DNA of 32,149 nucleotides from the NCBI GenBank assembly GCA_039090665.1, contig JAWCSL010000009.1, positions 1 through 32,149 on the forward strand. The letters are read 5' to 3'. A program made the position numbers and the translations under genes. Every line of letters starts with the position of its first letter. Position 1 is the first letter of the stretch. Shown piece by piece: positions 27,532 through 32,149 of the stretch. The stretch is from Candidatus Aenigmatarchaeota archaeon (lineage in GTDB: Archaea; Aenigmatarchaeota; Aenigmatarchaeia; CG10238-14; SCSR01). The notes beneath the pieces were generated by a model. That model saw only the letters and a list, made by a program, of their open reading frames with translations, searched no databases and had not been told where the DNA came from.

Positions 27532-28311
27532 TCAGGCCTTTTTCTTCATAACAACATACAGCCTTGCAATCATACCTATTTTCATAACACTTACAAAAGC
27601 TATGGCAAAAGAAGGAATGAGTAAGAAAGGAATTATTGTTGGTGAAGTAAGAAGTCTGGCAAGATAATTAGCCAAGACATCTAAATCTTGGGTTTGTTGA
27701 GAAATACTATATAAATTTCCACCAAGCCAAAAAATCATTGGAAAGAAAGAAATTAAAATTAACACAATACCAACCAAGAAAACAGTGAAACACACTATAA
27801 AAGTTCTGAACGGATTTCTTAAAAAAATTGAAAAGCTTTTAAGAAAAGCTTCCGTTATTTTTTTCTTATCAATGATAGCTGCTGGATAAATGTAAACTGA
27901 AGCTAGAGTAAAAATTAGAATCAAAACAAGTGATAACCAGAAAGGAAGGAACCCCATAAGAAAATAAATGAAAGAAAGTAATAAGAAGATCAAAAAAGAC
28001 TTGAGAAACACGGAAAAAGAAAATTTAAAGCTTTTTTTGAGAGGAATTTTTTTCGAGAAATTTTTGGCTTGATGTAACATCACACCTATGAAAAGTGGCT
28101 GAGAAATACCATAAAAGAGGAAAACTAAAAGATAAATACCGTACAGGGGAGCTATCGACTTTATAGCTTCCTCAGTGATTTCCATAGTCCCTATTCTCCC
28201 AAGCATATCACAAACAGTATAGAGCAAAAGCAAATTCATGAAAACATAAGGAAGCATTCTCCTTAAAGAAAACCCAAATTTAAAGCCATCGACTATTATT
28301 TTACCAATCAT
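27532..28311 (-). CDS. Multi-pass membrane protein
   Basis: 259-aa ORF with about 6 TM helices. Confidence 0.75.
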   Translation of the reverse strand: MIGKIIVDGFKFGFSLRRMLPYVFMNLLLLYTVCDMLGRIGTMEITEEAIKSIAPLYGIYLLVFLFYGISQPLFIGVMLHQAKNFSKKIPLKKSFKFSFSVFLKSFLIFLLLSFIYFLMGFLPFWLSLVLILIFTLASVYIYPAAIIDKKKITEAFLKSFSIFLRNPFRTFIVCFTVFLVGIVLILISFFPMIFWLGGNLYSISQQTQDLDVLANYLARLLTSPTIIPFLLIPSFAIAFVSVMKIGMIARLYVVMKKKA

Positions 28312-28352
28312 AATAATTTTAATTTATCTTTGAGAGAATAAAAATAATTACT

Positions 28353-29108
28353 ATGGACTTTTCTCGCTTTAAAACTTTCATTTTCGACTTGGATGGAACT
28401 GCTTGGAATTGGAAAGAACTTATGCCAGGAATGAAGGAGTTGACAACTCTACTCAGAAAAGAAGGAAAGCAACTTTTATTCATCACAAACAACACAATGG
28501 TGAGAAGGAAAGAGTTAGTAGAAAGGCTTAACAATTTTGGAATTGAATGTAAGGAAAGTGAGCTTATAAGCTCAGCTATTGTAATAGCTGAATTCTTGAA
28601 AAAGAAAAATGCAAAAGTTTTTGTGATTGGTGAAGGACTGAAAGAAGATTTGAAAGAAGAAGGTATAGAAGTGAGAGAAGATGAAGAAGTAGATTACATT
28701 GTTATCGGTCATGATACCGAATTTAACTATCAAAAAATCTTGACAGCTTTGAGAGCTAGTTTGAAGGGGGCAAAGCTTATAGCTGCCGCTACAGGTAGAA
28801 GTTGGATATGTGGCAACGAAATGTGGCCTGGAACAGGATCTATAGTTAAAGCTGTTGAACACGCCTGTAACAAAAAGGCAAAACTCTTAGGTAAACCCTC
28901 TGATGTTATGTGCCAGCTTGTTCAGCTTTTCGTTCAATCACCAAGAAAAGATACTGTAGTTTTTGGAGACGAGCTCAAAGCTGATATTGGTCTTGCTAAA
29001 AAGTGTGGGTATTTTGGTGTTTTGGTTAAAACAGGAGTTGATAAAGAAATAAAAGGAAAAATAAAACCTGATGTTGTTTTGGATTCTCTGTTGGAAGTAA
29101 AGATTTAA
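28353..29108 (+). CDS. HAD-IIA family hydrolase (NagD-like)
   Basis: FDLDGT, ITNN, GKPS, GDELKADI and VKTG motifs. Confidence 0.92.
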   Translation: MDFSRFKTFIFDLDGTAWNWKELMPGMKELTTLLRKEGKQLLFITNNTMVRRKELVERLNNFGIECKESELISSAIVIAEFLKKKNAKVFVIGEGLKEDLKEEGIEVREDEEVDYIVIGHDTEFNYQKILTALRASLKGAKLIAAATGRSWICGNEMWPGTGSIVKAVEHACNKKAKLLGKPSDVMCQLVQLFVQSPRKDTVVFGDELKADIGLAKKCGYFGVLVKTGVDKEIKGKIKPDVVLDSLLEVKI

Positions 29109-29141
29109 TAAATTGTGTTAAACAATTAAAAAATAGAAAAG

Positions 29142-30668
29142 ATGGTAAAAATGTCAGAAAAATTTTATGTTACAACACCGATTTACTATGTTAATGCAGA
29201 GCCTCATATAGGTCACATTTATACAACAATAATAGCTGACACAATAGCAAGATACCATAGGCTAACAAGAAAAGATGTTTTCTTCTTGACAGGAACTGAT
29301 GAAAATAGTCAAAAAAATGTAGAAGCTGCTGCTAAACTGAATCAAGATGTTGCTCAATTCGTTGATAGAATGGCTGCTATTTGGAAAGCAAAGTTCAAAC
29401 AGCTGGGCTTTTCTTTTGACGATTTCATAAGAACAACAGAAGAAAGACATAAAAAAGGGGTGGAAGAGTTTTTTAGAAGGGTGAATAAAAAAGGAGACAT
29501 TTACAAAGGAAAATATGTTGGTTACTATTGCGTGGGTTGTGAAGCTTTCATCACAAAATCAGATTTGGTTGATGGTAAATGTCCAATCCACAAAACAGAA
29601 CCTGAATTAATAGAAGAAGAAAATTATTTCTTCAGAGCCAGCAGGTACAAGGAGCAATTGCTTGAATATATACAAAAGAATCCTGACTTTATTCAGCCAA
29701 AAGAGAGAAGGAATGAAGTCATAGAATATGTGAAAAACTTCTTCACGGATGTTAGCATCTCTAGACAAAAACAAAAATGGGGCATACCTGTACCAATAGA
29801 CAAAACCCAAGTTCTTTATGTTTGGTTTGATGCGCTCATAAACTACTTAACTGGAATAGGATTTGGCTGGGATTATAAAAAATTTGAAAAATATTGGCCT
29901 GCTGATCTTCATCTCATAGGTAAAGACATAACAAAATTCCATTGTGCTCTTTGGCCTGCTATGCTTTTCTCAGCAGAAATAGAGTTACCAAGAAAAATTT
30001 TCATTCATGGTTTCTTTACAGTTAATGGAGAAAAAATAAGTAAAAGTTTGGGAAATGCTATTGATCCAGTAGAGCTCAGCAACAAATATTCTTTTGATGC
30101 TTTAAGATATTCTCTGATTAGAGAAATGCCTATAGGTGAAGATGGAGATTTTTCTGAAAAAAGATTGATAGAAAGGAATAATGGAGAGCTTGTCGCAAAC
30201 ATAGGCAATTTCATTCACAGAACTTTAACTTTTATATGGTCTAACTTTAGTGGCAAAGTTCCGAAGCCCGGAAATTATAGTGAAGAGGACGAAAGTTTTA
30301 AAAATGAAATTGAAAGGATAGCTGTTTTGGTCGGAAAACAAATAGAAAATATAGAGCTGGACAAAGCTCTCAAATCTATTCTCGATTTTTCTTCAAATTG
30401 TAACCAATACTTCCAGAAGAAAGAGCCTTGGGCTAAAAAGAATGAAGCACCAACCACACTTTACCTTTGTGTTAATGCTGTTCGTTGTCTGGCAATTCTT
30501 CTTGAACCTTTTTTACCTTCTTCTGCCGAAAAGATTTGGAGGCTCTTAGGTTATGATGATTCTGTCCACAAACAAGACTGGATTTCTGCTTCTAAGCTCA
30601 TGCTACAACCAGGATGGCAGATCAGAAAACCTGAAATTGTTTTCAAGATAATCCAGAATAACAAATAA
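29142..30668 (+). CDS. metG: Methionine--tRNA ligase, short single-knuckle form
   Basis: TTPIYYVN..PHIGH, GTDE, CVGC...CPIH, YVWFDAL, GKDI and KISKS motifs. Confidence 0.95.
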   Translation: MVKMSEKFYVTTPIYYVNAEPHIGHIYTTIIADTIARYHRLTRKDVFFLTGTDENSQKNVEAAAKLNQDVAQFVDRMAAIWKAKFKQLGFSFDDFIRTTEERHKKGVEEFFRRVNKKGDIYKGKYVGYYCVGCEAFITKSDLVDGKCPIHKTEPELIEEENYFFRASRYKEQLLEYIQKNPDFIQPKERRNEVIEYVKNFFTDVSISRQKQKWGIPVPIDKTQVLYVWFDALINYLTGIGFGWDYKKFEKYWPADLHLIGKDITKFHCALWPAMLFSAEIELPRKIFIHGFFTVNGEKISKSLGNAIDPVELSNKYSFDALRYSLIREMPIGEDGDFSEKRLIERNNGELVANIGNFIHRTLTFIWSNFSGKVPKPGNYSEEDESFKNEIERIAVLVGKQIENIELDKALKSILDFSSNCNQYFQKKEPWAKKNEAPTTLYLCVNAVRCLAILLEPFLPSSAEKIWRLLGYDDSVHKQDWISASKLMLQPGWQIRKPEIVFKIIQNNK

Positions 30669-30709
30669 AAACATGGAAAAATAAATTACAAAAAATGGAG
30701 GTGTGAAAA

Positions 30710-31039
30710 TTGACGGAAATTTCATTTCCAGATTTTCAGAAAGTAGAGATGAGAATTGGTAAGATTTTGGAAGCTGAGCCTGTTCCAAATTCTAAGAAAT
30801 TGATAAAACTTCAAGTGGATTTTGGAAAAGAAAAAAGACAAGCTGTTGCTGGTCTTTTAGAATATTACAAGCCAGAAGAGCTTGTAGGTAAAAGCTTTGT
30901 GTTCGTCACGAACTTGAAACCCGTGAAGCTGATGGGTGTGGAAAGCAACTGCATGATATTGGCTGCAGATGATGGTAAAGGTAACATAGTTTTAATTCAG
31001 CCTGAGAGAAACATAGAGCCGGGAAGCTTGATAAGATAG
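30710..31039 (+). CDS. Stand-alone tRNA-binding OB-fold protein (MetRS beta subunit / Trbp111-like)
   Basis: DFQKVEMRIGKI and NLKPVKLMGVES.CMILAA motifs; GGAGGTG SD before the TTG start. Confidence 0.9.
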   Translation: MTEISFPDFQKVEMRIGKILEAEPVPNSKKLIKLQVDFGKEKRQAVAGLLEYYKPEELVGKSFVFVTNLKPVKLMGVESNCMILAADDGKGNIVLIQPERNIEPGSLIR

Positions 31040-31081
31040 AAAAGCTTAAATATAAAAATTTATTAAAACTCTAAGGGTTAA

Positions 31082-31381
31082 GTGGTACAAGAAGAAAAGG
31101 TTGAAATAATTTTGAGATTTGGCAAAGAAGAAGAAAAAGTTTATTGTCTTAAGGGAGAATATTTCTGCAAGCCTATTCTTCTTTCTAATAAAAAAAGAGT
31201 TTATCCTTGTTGGCGATGTGGATATTTTTCTAAAATAGAAGAAAAAGAATGGGATAGATATGGAATAGGCGGATATGTTGGAGGCTTGATGTTCGAGTTT
31301 GAAAAACCAGCAATTAAACACTTGGAAAGTGTAACTTTCAAATGTTTAAAATTTAATCTACAAAGATTAATTAAATTTTGA
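31082..31381 (+). CDS. Hypothetical Cys-rich protein
   Basis: 99-aa ORF with five Cys including CWRC; fits between co-oriented genes. Confidence 0.55.
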   Translation: MVQEEKVEIILRFGKEEEKVYCLKGEYFCKPILLSNKKRVYPCWRCGYFSKIEEKEWDRYGIGGYVGGLMFEFEKPAIKHLESVTFKCLKFNLQRLIKF

Positions 31382-31388
31382 GGTAAAA

Positions 31389-31856
31389 ATGAAAAAAGTA
31401 AGAGATGTGATGAATACAAATGTAATTTGGTTCAAGCCTGAAGATAATGTGTTTGAAGTTGCAAAAGTCCTTTCAGAGAAGAACATTTCTGGTGCTCCTG
31501 TTGTCGAAAAAGGAAAGGTTGTTGGAATAATAAGTGTTTCTGACATAGTTAGGTTCTTGAAGATGAAATTGAAGATTGGGTCTGTGCATGAAATGCCTTC
31601 TTTAAGTTTATTATTCCTCGACTTGATTAAAACTGGAAAGGATTTCATTGAGTTGAAAAAAGAAATCAAGAAAATTTCTGATGTTAAGATAAAGAGTATG
31701 ATGAGTAGGAAAGTAGTTTGCATAGATCCGGAAGCGAGTATTTTTGATGCTGCAAACTTGATGGACAAACATGATGTCAATAGGTTGCCGGTTGTGGAAA
31801 ATGGGAAGCTTGTTGGAATAATAGCGAGAGCAGATATAATAAGAGCGATATTATGA
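31389..31856 (+). CDS. CBS domain-pair protein
   Basis: KVRDVM...ISGAPVV...VGIIS.SD and RLPVV...LVGIIARAD motifs. Confidence 0.93.
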   Translation: MKKVRDVMNTNVIWFKPEDNVFEVAKVLSEKNISGAPVVEKGKVVGIISVSDIVRFLKMKLKIGSVHEMPSLSLLFLDLIKTGKDFIELKKEIKKISDVKIKSMMSRKVVCIDPEASIFDAANLMDKHDVNRLPVVENGKLVGIIARADIIRAIL

Positions 31857-32149
31857 GAGAAGCTAGAGAATATGTTAAACCGGTAAGCTTAGCTGCTTTA
31901 CCGAAAGAAAGCAAGAGCTCCATAATTATAGGAAAAATAGCTGGAACAAGCCATGATGCTTTTCTTGATCTCAATTCACTTACAAAACATTTGTTCATAG
32001 TCGGCGGGCCTGGAACAGGCAAGACAACAATAGCCATGGTAATAGTTGATGGTTGCTTGAGCAAAGGTGTTTCTGTTATTGTTTTTGATCCTACCGACAA
32101 GTGGGTAGAATTTGGGAAAAATTACAAGAATTTTGAAGGGGTGAAAGTT
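31853..32149 (+). CDS. HerA/FtsK-superfamily (DUF87-like) ATPase, 3'-partial
   Basis: Manual translation gives ...LDLNSLTKHLFIVGGPGTGKTT...VIVFDPTDKW; ATGA overlap with the CBS gene; runs off the window end. Confidence 0.8.
   Translation, partial: MREAREYVKPVSLAALPKESKSSIIIGKIAGTSHDAFLDLNSLTKHLFIVGGPGTGKTTIAMVIVDGCLSKGVSVIVFDPTDKWVEFGKNYKNFEGVKV

Noticed and set aside
31777..32100. 107-aa minus-strand ORF
   Set aside because: Antisense shadow of the plus-strand ATPase, which has a clear Walker A motif.
1..32149. CRISPR array, rRNA, transposase or known defence system
   Set aside because: No regularly spaced repeats, long structured GC-rich RNA or recognisable transposase/Cas motifs were seen by eye.

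Overview
AT-rich, gene-dense archaeal chromosome segment. Archaeal markers include ribosomal protein uL16/L10e, NurA, an Nre protein with a PIP box, an archaeal-type tRNA-Leu and GGAGGTGA Shine-Dalgarno (SD) sites; the gene content and style suggest a DPANN/Aenigmarchaeota-like lineage, which is inference only. Most genes are housekeeping: gdhA, trxB/trxA, nnrD, ppsA, rpl10e, sepF, Nre, a radical SAM protein, nurA, a HAD hydrolase, metG plus a separate tRNA-binding subunit, a CBS protein and a partial HerA-like ATPase. Most notable: (1) a divergent dCTP-deaminase-like gene beside a three-part MtrA-like / thymidylate synthase / DUF4346-like fusion that lacks the MtrA cobalt-ligand His; (2) an orphan tRNA 3' end at 1727-1749 inside a short SD-led ORF, resembling the attR and int(N) end of an integrated element extending left of the window; (3) genes too short for the ORF track, including a 54-aa face-to-face-type histone and a 58-aa zinc finger; (4) a 449-aa tandem winged-helix-like protein between trxA and trxB; (5) an accessory cluster of orphan ORFs at about 23.3-26.3 kb with a nitroreductase pseudogene and a repeated operator-like motif. 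All family calls come from recognising motifs by eye; no database search was run.
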